Origin: a virus | Length of the DNA: 64,000 nucleotides | IMG/VR virus record: IMGVR_UViG_3300031730_000002 | Coordinates: 1 to 64,000 of that record | Reading direction: 5' to 3' (one strand) | Shown: one piece after another, positions 27,920 to 36,818 of the stretch | Layout: each line of letters begins with the position of its first letter | Position numbering within the stretch: the stretch's first letter is position 1 | Made by a program: the position numbers and the translations under genes | Notes under the pieces: generated by a model | What the model was told of the DNA's origin: nothing | Seen by the model: the letters and a program-made list of their open reading frames with translations, nothing else | Databases searched by the model: none

Positions 27920-28764
27920 ACCAGTACCCTCTGACCCTGCCAGGGCCATCTAAGATCCTGCTGAAGCCGGCCGAGCGCCGCCGTGTGTCTTCGCTCAGCG
28001 AGGGCTTGCAGCAGGTGTTGGGGCGTCAGCGTGACTTCCTCGGTGTCGAGGAAGTCGAGTGGGAGTTCGTGGCATCGTACGCCGAGATCTTCGACACCTG
28101 GTGGAAGGATGAGCTGGTCTATGGTGGGGGCTGGTTCTCTGCAGGTTGGCCGTCTTCTCGCTTGCTGACTGGAGGCAACCGACGCTTCATTACAGTGCCG
28201 AAATGGACGCTGATCGGGCACGAATACTGGCGTGTGTCTGCGGACCTTGAGCTGCGCGGTGGTGCTGTGCCTATGGAGCCGGGCGGCACACGGCCCTACG
28301 ATATGTATGCCTCCTTTCCGAGCCAGGCAGGGAACAACCGACTGATGTACGGCGGGTTCTCTGAACTTACCTACCCATGGACTCTGCACGTCACTACGCA
28401 CAACACTGCGGTTGATATTGCGGCAGGGCCTGTAGTTGAGTTCACTTTTACTGTGGTCAATGTGGACACGGTGAACTTCTCAGCCCCAAGTTTCTCTCCG
28501 GTCACAAGCACAACAACCCGAACAGTCTCTCTTCGTGACTTCGATACCAACAGTGCGACCATCCGGGCGCTTAATACGCTTCCAGGCAACTTCTACACGA
28601 CGCAGACCATCACAGTGCATGCGACGGTTGATGGCGTGGATATCGGGCAGGCTTTCCAACTTATCTGCAATCCGGATGAGACGACCAACTCCGGCACTGC
28701 TGTCGTCACCGGCTATCCAGGCGGGCGCACCACCTACGCTGATTACACCTGGAGCACTTTCTAA
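27916..28764 (+). CDS. distal-tail (Dit-like) protein 2 with C-terminal extra domain
   Basis: FDTWWKDELVYGGGWF...RRFITVP...WRVSADL parallels 26510-27370; ATGA coupling at 27916. Confidence 0.6.
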   Translation: MNQYPLTLPGPSKILLKPAERRRVSSLSEGLQQVLGRQRDFLGVEEVEWEFVASYAEIFDTWWKDELVYGGGWFSAGWPSSRLLTGGNRRFITVPKWTLIGHEYWRVSADLELRGGAVPMEPGGTRPYDMYASFPSQAGNNRLMYGGFSELTYPWTLHVTTHNTAVDIAAGPVVEFTFTVVNVDTVNFSAPSFSPVTSTTTRTVSLRDFDTNSATIRALNTLPGNFYTTQTITVHATVDGVDIGQAFQLICNPDETTNSGTAVVTGYPGGRTTYADYTWSTF

Positions 28765-29334
28765 ATGCCTGTCTACCTGCCAGCAATCAACGGCCTCAAA
28801 GTGAGCCAAGCCTACGCTGAAGCCATGTCTTCAGAGCTGATCACGCGCGTGATGGTCTTGTGCTACGAGTTCAATCATCCCGAGTTCGTCGATGAGAACG
28901 GAGACCAGGAAGCCATCCGCATCGTCAACGAGTATCTCGACATGACGATGACGCTCGAACCTGGAGCGCCAATGAACGGAGGCGAAGCTGTGCTGTTTAC
29001 CGCGCTGCCGTGCCGTGTCTCCGGGCCGAACGAAGGAGACAGCGGAGAGGCGCAAGGCATCTCACTCGAAGTCGACGGAGTCAGCGGCGAGCTGGTCGAA
29101 CGCTTGCGACTTGCACTCAACTCATCGGCGCCGGTGACAGTCATGGAGCGTATTTACGCGAGCGATGATTTGAGCGGTCCGGCGCAGTTGCCTGTATTGC
29201 AGATGATCTTGCGCAATGTCTCGGTTGGTGATGTGACAGTCACTGCCAACCCAACGTTCTTTGACGCGTCGAACAACCCGTTCCCTCGCACTGAGTACTC
29301 GAAAGAGGAATACGCAGGACTGGCATCGCGATGA
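28765..29334 (+). CDS. DUF1833-like minor tail protein
   Basis: EFNHPEF...IRIVN...LEVDGVS...ERIYASDDLSGP...FP; precedes NlpC/P60. Confidence 0.75.
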   Translation: MPVYLPAINGLKVSQAYAEAMSSELITRVMVLCYEFNHPEFVDENGDQEAIRIVNEYLDMTMTLEPGAPMNGGEAVLFTALPCRVSGPNEGDSGEAQGISLEVDGVSGELVERLRLALNSSAPVTVMERIYASDDLSGPAQLPVLQMILRNVSVGDVTVTANPTFFDASNNPFPRTEYSKEEYAGLASR

Positions 29335-29759
29335 AACACTGGGCCTACGAACATATCGGCAAGCCTTACACGGATGGCAACGACGGCTTGCCTATGGACG
29401 GTCCTGACACGTTCAACTGTTGGGGTTTTGTGCGCTTCATCTTTCGCACGGTGCGCGGCATTGAGATGCCGTTGGTGCACATCGATCGCTTCTTGTCTGA
29501 TGATGCAGCGAATCGAGTGGCGATCCGGGAAGTCTTCTCCAAGAGCGGCTGGCGTCCAGTGAGAGACTCGATCCCGCAGGAGTTCGACATTGCGCTGACA
29601 TCGAATGTGAACGGTAGACACGTAGGCATCGCCAGTCACGTGAATGACCGTATGCATTTGATCCATGCGATCGAGCGTGAGGGGGTGTCTGCGATCTCAT
29701 TCGCGGATCTGTGGATGCTTGGATATCGCAAGCCGACTTTCTGGAGATACCAAGCGTGA
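29331..29759 (+). CDS. NlpC/P60 family tail-tip protein
   Basis: IGKPY...GPDTFNCWGFV...HVGI...IHA. Confidence 0.9.
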   Translation: MKHWAYEHIGKPYTDGNDGLPMDGPDTFNCWGFVRFIFRTVRGIEMPLVHIDRFLSDDAANRVAIREVFSKSGWRPVRDSIPQEFDIALTSNVNGRHVGIASHVNDRMHLIHAIEREGVSAISFADLWMLGYRKPTFWRYQA

Positions 29760-32575
29760 ACACTTTGCCTGCGCTGTTGCCGACCGCCCGTATTTGGGAC
29801 ATCCCCTTCGACGGTGAAGAGGTTGATCCGCTGTTTGCTTACCACCCTTCGCTCGGCGGCTCTATTCGTGACTGGATTCCGCCGGGTTGCGGGCGCGCGA
29901 TGGTGATCGTCAATGGTGTCGCGCTGATGCAGCGTGAGTGGATCTTCCGTCCAGTGCTTCCAGGAGACGTGATCGACTGGCACTTGCTGCCGACTGGTGG
30001 CGGTGACAACAAGGGCACGTCACGTCAAGTACTGACGATCATTGCGATCATTGTCATCGCCTATTTTCTTGGGCCTGCAGGCGCAGGTCTGTCAGGCACC
30101 GAACTCGCGGTGGCGACAGTAGCTGCAAACCTTGCGGCCACAGTGCTGATCAACGCGATCATTCCGATCAAGGCACTTGATGTCAGCGCGAACTCGGCAT
30201 CGTCGGTCTATAACGTCGCGCTGTCTGCCAACTCAGCTCGTCTGAACCAGCCGATCCCGGTCATCTATGGTCGCATGAAGACCTTTCCGGACTTCGCCGC
30301 TCAGCCTTATTCCTACTACGCCAACAACAATCAGTACTACGCCGCGGTCTTCTGCATCGGGCAGGGCCACTACACCATCGAGCGGGTGATGATCGATGAC
30401 ACGAACATCCGCAACTTTGAAGATGTGAAGTATCGCATCCTGCCTCCAGGCTCATTGCCTACGCTGGTGCAAACCAATGTGGTGACGGCACCGGAGATCG
30501 CAGGCCAAGAGCTGAAGGCTGGGCGCTTCACCGCAGGCTACACAGTCTGTGCTGCAGGCTACGTTGTTTCGCGCATCGAGATCGATGTGACGATGGATCA
30601 AGGCATCGGCTACATGGAGAACGACGGCTCGATCACGCCGTTCCCATTGGATATGCGAGTCGACGCACGCTACGTCGATGACTTCGGTGTGCCCACCAGC
30701 GCGGTGACCGGCTCGGCGTCTTGGTTCAACATCATGCTGCCGAACATCACCGGGGCAACGCGCACACCAATCCGCCGGACCTTTGGTGTGGACATTACGC
30801 CGGGTCGGGTCGAGGTGCGGATGACTCGCACAACACTCTTCTACACCGACAACCACTACGTCAACACTGTCAACTGGGCGTCGATGCGTGGCTTCATTGT
30901 CGACGCCGATGGGGCAGTTCTGCACGCAGGTGCAACACACATGGAAGTGCTGATGAAGGCCAGCGAACAGCTGACCGGCTTGAATCAGCGCAAGGTGAAT
31001 GTGATCGCGCGCCGAAAGCTCAGCGTGCAGACTGCCACAGGCGTGTACGGCCCACTTGCGGAGACCCGCAGCATCGCTTGGGCGATTCAGGACATCTGGC
31101 TCAACCAAGATTACGGTGCGCGACAGGCATTCAGCACACATGACTACGACACCTTGGTGATCCTGGATGCCATTTGGGCAGCCCGCCAGGACTACCTCGA
31201 CATCATCTTCGACAGCCGCATCACTGTGCGTGAGGCGTTGAAGATCGTGACGCAGGCGGGTCGCGCTATTGCCTATCAGCGCATGGGCATGCTGACCGTG
31301 GCACGCGATCAGATGCAGACGCTTCCGATCGCAGGCTTCAGTGGGCGCAACATTGTGGCTGGCAGCGCGACGATCGGATATGCGCTACCGACACCAGAAA
31401 CGGCTGACGCAGTTGTTGTTGAGTACTTCGACAATCGCATTTGGGACTGGGTGCCTGTGGTCTGCCCGGCGCCTGGTGTTGTGACGCCGGTCAACCCAGT
31501 GACGCTGCGGCTTGCAGGCATCACGCAGTACTACCAAGCCAAACGCGAGGGTACTTACAAGGCCGCTGACAACCTCTGGCGCCGCGAGTTCCCTCGGTGG
31601 CAGACCGAGCTGCTGGGCCGGCTGCCGACTTACGGAAGTCCGGTACTCTTTGCCCCGGCGATGCCGGGCTGGGCACAGAGTGGTGATGTGGTTGATGTGA
31701 GCGGGCTCAGCATCACGCTCAGCGAGCCCGTAGTCTTCGAGACTGGTGTCGACAACTTCATCAGCTTCATGGGGCCTTACGGCAACTATGGCGCCGCGAT
31801 CGTCGCATCTCCAGGCAGCGACTCGAACACAGTTGTGCTCGCATCAGCGCCAGCCTTCGCTCTGGTCTTCAGCGATTCAGATCGAGCGCGCACGCGCTAC
31901 ATCTTCGGGCCGCAAGGTCACGCAGAGATGATGGTGCGCATCTTGAGCTTGCAGTACAAGGGGCACTCGGAGACCGGGCCGATCGTCGAGCTCTCTGGAG
32001 TGTCGGAAGACAACCGCGTGCATGCTGCTGACAACGAGTTTTTGCCTGTTGGTGGGGTGGTTCAGAGCCCAGTGCCTACCAGTGAAGCCGGCGACTTGGA
32101 CAATCCGCCTGTCGGTGAAGGTGCACCAGGTGACGGCGGCGAGTACTACTACACCGTCGACATTGGAGATCCTTGGATCACCGAGACCACATCTTTCGCT
32201 GCGCCGAAGTCAATCAGCTTCACGTTCAAGAACGATGGCACACTTCTCAGCGACCCGACCTATCCAGGGTCTGATGTGCACCCGCTCTGGATGCTCTATG
32301 GGGCGGTCGAATCGTCGATTGCTGCGCAGTACGAGGTACGAGCAGTCATCACTTCTACTGACCCGGTTATTCCTACCGATTTTGATTTGGTGGCAACTTT
32401 CACAGATGACACCGGGGCTTGGCACAACCTCGGCGCGGATGTGACCTACACACTGAATCTGACAGCCGGCGAGACCGCCATTGTGCAAGGCTATTTTGAG
32501 ATTCGGGATGTCGCGACGCATACAGTCCAGGACTCTGGCGGTATGCTCTTTGCGATCTACACCAGCATCATCTGA
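29756..32575 (+). CDS. tail tip/central fibre hub (gpI/gpJ-like), ~939 aa
   Basis: NSARLNQPIPVIYG, IGQG and TRSIAWA motifs; GTGA coupling. Confidence 0.85.
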   Translation: MNTLPALLPTARIWDIPFDGEEVDPLFAYHPSLGGSIRDWIPPGCGRAMVIVNGVALMQREWIFRPVLPGDVIDWHLLPTGGGDNKGTSRQVLTIIAIIVIAYFLGPAGAGLSGTELAVATVAANLAATVLINAIIPIKALDVSANSASSVYNVALSANSARLNQPIPVIYGRMKTFPDFAAQPYSYYANNNQYYAAVFCIGQGHYTIERVMIDDTNIRNFEDVKYRILPPGSLPTLVQTNVVTAPEIAGQELKAGRFTAGYTVCAAGYVVSRIEIDVTMDQGIGYMENDGSITPFPLDMRVDARYVDDFGVPTSAVTGSASWFNIMLPNITGATRTPIRRTFGVDITPGRVEVRMTRTTLFYTDNHYVNTVNWASMRGFIVDADGAVLHAGATHMEVLMKASEQLTGLNQRKVNVIARRKLSVQTATGVYGPLAETRSIAWAIQDIWLNQDYGARQAFSTHDYDTLVILDAIWAARQDYLDIIFDSRITVREALKIVTQAGRAIAYQRMGMLTVARDQMQTLPIAGFSGRNIVAGSATIGYALPTPETADAVVVEYFDNRIWDWVPVVCPAPGVVTPVNPVTLRLAGITQYYQAKREGTYKAADNLWRREFPRWQTELLGRLPTYGSPVLFAPAMPGWAQSGDVVDVSGLSITLSEPVVFETGVDNFISFMGPYGNYGAAIVASPGSDSNTVVLASAPAFALVFSDSDRARTRYIFGPQGHAEMMVRILSLQYKGHSETGPIVELSGVSEDNRVHAADNEFLPVGGVVQSPVPTSEAGDLDNPPVGEGAPGDGGEYYYTVDIGDPWITETTSFAAPKSISFTFKNDGTLLSDPTYPGSDVHPLWMLYGAVESSIAAQYEVRAVITSTDPVIPTDFDLVATFTDDTGAWHNLGADVTYTLNLTAGETAIVQGYFEIRDVATHTVQDSGGMLFAIYTSII

Positions 32576-32586
32576 CCGAGAAGACC

Positions 32587-33459
32587 ATGAGCCAACTATC
32601 CAACTACACCGAGAACGAGCTTGCCGATTTCATTCGAGGGCAGGGAGCGGCGGGCATCAACGCCATCTCGCTCTTCTACATCGGGCTTGCGACTGCAGCG
32701 AGCGACGGCAGCATCACGGAGTGCTCTGGCACCGGGTATGCACGGCAAGCGTATGGGCGCGGCTTGACCCAGTGGTGCGGTACTCAAGGCTCTGGCACTA
32801 CGCTGGCCAGTACTGGGGTCAGCCACGCGATCAGCAACAACAACTCATGCTCCTTTGGCACATCGGGTGCAGCGTGGGGCACTGCCACACACGCAGTGCT
32901 GTACAGCGCAATCACTGGCGGCAATGTCATCGCTTACTGCGAACTGCCCAGTCCGATCTCTATCGGGTCTGGTGTGCCGGTTAGCTTGGCTGCAGGCGCG
33001 ATCTCGATGACGTTGGGGTTGACTGGCGGGTTGAGCAACTACCTGTCCAACAAGCTACTCGATTTTGTGTTTCGCGCCGTGGCCTACACGATGCCGGCCA
33101 ATCTGTTCTTCGGCCTGTTCACGACCGCGCCGACGAATGCTGGTGGCGGCGTCGAGGTGTCGGGTGGGGCCTACGCCCGCCAGAGCCTGCCGGCGTCTAT
33201 GGCTGGCCTCTGCGGTACGCAGGGTGCTGGAACCACAGTGGCCAGCACCGGTACAAGCGGTCGAATTGCCAACAACCTGACCCTTGCTTTCCCCACTCCA
33301 ACGGCCAACTGGGGCACAATCACGCATGAGGCGGTTTTCGATGCTGTGAGCGCTGGGAACCTGCTCTTCTGGAACGTGCTCGATGTGCCCCGCACGGTGC
33401 TCTCAGCCAGCAGCCCGCAGACGCATGCAGCAGACACATGGGAGCTGACCTTTGCCTAA
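32587..33459 (+). CDS. tandem two-domain paralogue of the 142-aa filament subunit
   Basis: LSNY...GL.T...YARQ...F...WGT.TH...GN repeated twice. Confidence 0.75.
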   Translation: MSQLSNYTENELADFIRGQGAAGINAISLFYIGLATAASDGSITECSGTGYARQAYGRGLTQWCGTQGSGTTLASTGVSHAISNNNSCSFGTSGAAWGTATHAVLYSAITGGNVIAYCELPSPISIGSGVPVSLAAGAISMTLGLTGGLSNYLSNKLLDFVFRAVAYTMPANLFFGLFTTAPTNAGGGVEVSGGAYARQSLPASMAGLCGTQGAGTTVASTGTSGRIANNLTLAFPTPTANWGTITHEAVFDAVSAGNLLFWNVLDVPRTVLSASSPQTHAADTWELTFA

Positions 33460-33484
33460 CTCTCGAAATCACCGGGACTTTGCC

Positions 33485-33820
33485 ATGACTGCACCAGACA
33501 CAGGCTCCATGCCGCTCGACTCTCACGGGCGCCGCAAGTTCTTTCAGTTCAACCCGAACATCGACTCAGGCACCTTGCTGAACATCCTGGTGATGGTCGT
33601 TGGCGGTTTCATCGCCTACGGAACCTACACCAGCGACAAGGCCTTGCAGACCGCGCGCATCACCGCGGTCGAGAAGGAGGTGATCGAGAACAAAGGTACT
33701 GTCAAGGAGGCTGTGACCGACTTGAAAGGTGAGGTCAAAGACGTGCAGCGCACGCTGCGCGATGTGAACGAGAGCCTTGCGGTGCTCAAGGCTCGCCCCA
33801 GCATTCAACCGAGGCCGTGA
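33485..33820 (+). CDS. single-TM coiled-coil protein (lysis cassette; holin/antiholin-like)
   Basis: TLLNILVMVVGGFIAYG TM segment followed by heptads. Confidence 0.5.
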   Translation: MTAPDTGSMPLDSHGRRKFFQFNPNIDSGTLLNILVMVVGGFIAYGTYTSDKALQTARITAVEKEVIENKGTVKEAVTDLKGEVKDVQRTLRDVNESLAVLKARPSIQPRP

Positions 33821-33821
33821 C

Positions 33822-34151
33822 ATGGAAATGCCCAAAGTTCCTCAGGCCTTCATGCAAGGTCTCATTGCTTTGCTGCTGATCGGCAACTTCACCTTCATGC
33901 TGGTTGCGCCCTCAATCTTCCCCAGCTACAAGCCGCCCGGCGACGCGCTGACGCAGACGCTGGTCAATCTCGTGATCCTTGCTGTGGGCTACTACCTCGG
34001 CAGCTCGCAGGGCTCAGCCCGCAAAGATGAGCTGAACGCCAGCCAGCAGGACAAGGCGATCGTGGCGCTGACCGGCGCTGCACCTCTTGCTGCGCCCGTG
34101 AAGATCGACGACAGCACCCCCATCAAGGTTGAAGAGACTGCACCGAAATGA
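33822..34151 (+). CDS. holin candidate, 2 TM
   Basis: Two hydrophobic helices and GYYLGSS motif; directly upstream of the endolysin. Confidence 0.65.
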   Translation: MEMPKVPQAFMQGLIALLLIGNFTFMLVAPSIFPSYKPPGDALTQTLVNLVILAVGYYLGSSQGSARKDELNASQQDKAIVALTGAAPLAAPVKIDDSTPIKVEETAPK

Positions 34152-34792
34152 TCACCGCCTCGCAGTGGCTGCGCGTGCTGGCCTACTGCGGTGTGAAGTT
34201 CACCACCGCGACCAGCTGGGCCAAGGTCTTCGAAGCCAGGGTGCAGCCCGAGCTGTTCTCGCTCGGGCAGGCCGAGCTGGACGACTTCGTCGGCCAGACC
34301 CTGCACGAGTCGGCGATGCTGGAGCATCTGGTCGAGAACCTGAACTACAGCGCGAAGCGAATCCGCGAGATCGGCAATGAATCCCCGGTTGGCTCGCGCT
34401 GGCGCTCGTTGGTGCCGATGGCCGACAGCCTGGCTTACAAGCCTCGCGAATTCGGCAACGCCGTCTACGGCGGCCGGCTGGGCAACACGCTGCCAGAGTC
34501 GGGCTTCAAGTACCGGGGCCGCGGCATCCCGATGATCACCGGCTACGACAACTACGCCTTGGTGCAGAAGCTCACCGGCTTGCCTATCGTGGCCGTGCCC
34601 GAGCTGCTCGAACAGCCGGACATGGCGCTGCGCTGCGCGATCCTTTGGTGGGAGAAGAAGGTGCCGGACAGCGCGATCGACAGTGTCGAGCGTGTGACAA
34701 AGGCGGTGCAGGGCGCCCAGCTCGGGCTCGATGATCGGAGACAGCTTACGCAAAAAGCGTCACAAGCTCTCAAGGAATGCCTTAAAGTGTGA
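34148..34792 (+). CDS. endolysin, glycoside hydrolase family 19
   Basis: HES, ENLNYS, RLGN, YRGRG..ITGYDNY, GLDDR. Confidence 0.9.
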   Translation: MITASQWLRVLAYCGVKFTTATSWAKVFEARVQPELFSLGQAELDDFVGQTLHESAMLEHLVENLNYSAKRIREIGNESPVGSRWRSLVPMADSLAYKPREFGNAVYGGRLGNTLPESGFKYRGRGIPMITGYDNYALVQKLTGLPIVAVPELLEQPDMALRCAILWWEKKVPDSAIDSVERVTKAVQGAQLGLDDRRQLTQKASQALKECLKV

Positions 34793-34822
34793 GTCTCCCT
34801 CCACTGCCTTGAAAGGCCTCCC

Positions 34823-35185
34823 ATGCTCAAACGACTCGATCCGCGCGGCTTCATTGCCGCGTTCCTACTGGTGATGCTGGTTAGCGCTTGCAGCACCTTC
34901 GGCGTGCCAACGCCGCAGACCTTCAACCAGAACCTTGCGGTCAGCATTGCTGCGAACACCTCGGTGCGCGAGACCGCGACCACGCTGCTGCAAGCTGGCA
35001 AGATCTCGGCGATCGACGCGCAGAACATCCAGGCTCAGGCTGATGTGGCGCGTGAAGGCTTGAACGTCGCGCGAACGCTGTCAGGCACCGACCTTGCGAG
35101 TGCGCAGGGTCGACTTGAAGCCACGACTGCGGCGTTGAAGGCGCTGCAGGCCTACCTCGCAACGAAACAAGGAGCGCCGAAATGA
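34823..35185 (+). CDS. lipoprotein (spanin-like)
   Basis: Signal peptide with lipobox LVSA-C; follows the endolysin. Confidence 0.65.
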   Translation: MLKRLDPRGFIAAFLLVMLVSACSTFGVPTPQTFNQNLAVSIAANTSVRETATTLLQAGKISAIDAQNIQAQADVAREGLNVARTLSGTDLASAQGRLEATTAALKALQAYLATKQGAPK

Positions 35186-35370
35186 ACGCACTCGCCATCA
35201 TCACGCTGCTGCTGCAGTACTCCGACAAAATCGCGCAGATCGGCGGTCTTCTGTCGAAGGCCCAGTCCGAAGGCCGCGACGTGACCGACGCCGAACTGGA
35301 CACCCTGTTCGCCGGTGACGACGCTGCTCGCGCAGCGCTGGCCGCGGCAATCGCTGCAGCCCAGCCGTAA
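35182..35370 (+). CDS. small protein, 62 aa (possible spanin partner)
   Basis: AAGGAG RBS, ATGA coupling. Confidence 0.6.
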   Translation: MNALAIITLLLQYSDKIAQIGGLLSKAQSEGRDVTDAELDTLFAGDDAARAALAAAIAAAQP

Positions 35371-35380
35371 GGGGAGAGCC

Positions 35381-36061
35381 ATGCGTCAGATCTTTCTTTT
35401 GGCGCTGGCTCTGCTGTGCGCGCCTGTGCAGGCAGCCATCGGCTGCCTGCCTGTCACGATCTTCACGCCTTTTCCCATTGCGATGGGGTCTGTGACGAAG
35501 TCTGTGGAGACCGACGCGGCCACTGCTGATGCATGGTGGTGCCCGATCTATCCGGACGGTGTTCTCAGGTATCAAGTCAACGTGATGTGGAGCCTGAAGA
35601 AGACCAAAGCTGCCTACGACTGGGGTGCAGCCTTTATCCGGATCAAGGCAGCTCCCTCCATGCTCGACGCGCTCAATGGGGAGCTGGCATCGAACAGCGC
35701 GGCAACAGCACCTGGCTCGCAGGATGAGTACGAAGTCAACCTTGTGAAGTATCGAGCTTGTCTCGCACTGGCGACCAAGCCCTATGTTGTGAGCATCCCG
35801 GATCTACCGGCCAACTTCTGCGGTGTGGCGCCTACGCCGCCCGGCCCAAGCGCTGTCACATGGCTGACACCGAGCAGCACTACCTTGAAGGTGTACTCGA
35901 ACAACAGCGGGAAGCTGGGCCCCGCCATCGCAGGGCGCACTGCACCGCCAAATGCGAAATGCAACAGCTCGGTGCCCCAAGTGAAGCTCGGTACGTCTGT
36001 TTACTTTCCTCTTCTCACCGGCCCACTCAACGAGCTGGTTTTGTGTAAACTGGTGCAATAA
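35381..36061 (+). CDS. secreted Cys-containing protein, 226 aa
   Basis: Sec signal MRQIFLLALALLCAPVQA; six Cys in the mature part; GGAG RBS. Confidence 0.65.
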   Translation: MRQIFLLALALLCAPVQAAIGCLPVTIFTPFPIAMGSVTKSVETDAATADAWWCPIYPDGVLRYQVNVMWSLKKTKAAYDWGAAFIRIKAAPSMLDALNGELASNSAATAPGSQDEYEVNLVKYRACLALATKPYVVSIPDLPANFCGVAPTPPGPSAVTWLTPSSTTLKVYSNNSGKLGPAIAGRTAPPNAKCNSSVPQVKLGTSVYFPLLTGPLNELVLCKLVQ

Positions 36062-36138
36062 TGCACGTCACGATCCAACGTCTCGAAGTTCACATCCACG
36101 CCGACTTCTCGGCTCTTCTTCCATCCATCGGAGCAATC

Positions 36139-36444
36139 ATGGCAACCCTCGACGAACTGCAAGCCAAGGCCACCCAAGCAGCTGAGGCTGTGGCATCCCT
36201 CACCGCTGCTGTCACGGCATCGAACGACAAGACCGACGAACTGATCACCGTGGCCGGCGCCACCAAGGACGCACTGGAAGCGCTGCGCGCCGATGTGGCC
36301 AACGGTATCGTGGTCGACCCCGCGCGCCTCGACGCCATCCTGGCGCAGATGGACAGCGTGGTCGTGGCTGCCGAAGCCTCGAAGGTCGCCGTGGCCGAAC
36401 AAGACGCGCAGACCGGTGCCGCGGCCGAAGCAAACGTGCCCTGA
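36139..36444 (+). CDS. Ala-rich coiled-coil protein (may start at 36061)
   Basis: GGAG RBS before MATLDEL. Confidence 0.65.
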   Translation: MATLDELQAKATQAAEAVASLTAAVTASNDKTDELITVAGATKDALEALRADVANGIVVDPARLDAILAQMDSVVVAAEASKVAVAEQDAQTGAAAEANVP

Positions 36445-36449
36445 GTCTC

Positions 36450-36545
36450 GGGTGAAGGTGGACTACGGCGCGGGAACGCGCCGTGGTTACCTTGTCCCTG
36501 GAGAGGCATTCAAAGCCGTCGACGACGAGTGCGTTCGACGGCTTT
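36450..36545 (+). terminator. tandem hairpins at the convergence of the two transcription arms
   Basis: Long GGAA-capped stem at 36450-36498; AAAGCCGTCGA/TCGACGGCTTT stem at 36512-36545. Confidence 0.55.
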
Positions 36546-36584
36546 CGTCCATTCTGAGCGAACGTACAGGCTCAACAGAGCTTG

Positions 36585-36818
36585 TCAAAAGCTCGACGTT
36601 GGCACCGGATCTGCTCTACCCTTCCGAAGCGCCCACGCCCGCACACCGTCAAGCAGCACCCACACGCCAGCCCCGAAGGGCTTGACGTACTGCTCCCCCT
36701 CCAGCCAGAGGCCCTTGTGGATGCGCTGGTAGATCGTGTTGGCGTTCTCTCCCGAGATCTCGCAGTAGCGCTTGAGCGGCAAGCCGCCCAAGCGCTCGAC
36801 TGCCTCGTTCGGAGTCAC
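36585..36818 (-). CDS. excisionase-like winged-HTH protein
   Basis: LKRYCEISG...TIYQRIHKGLWLEG...WV...VRAW. Confidence 0.65.
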   Translation of the reverse strand: MTPNEAVERLGGLPLKRYCEISGENANTIYQRIHKGLWLEGEQYVKPFGAGVWVLLDGVRAWALRKGRADPVPTSSF

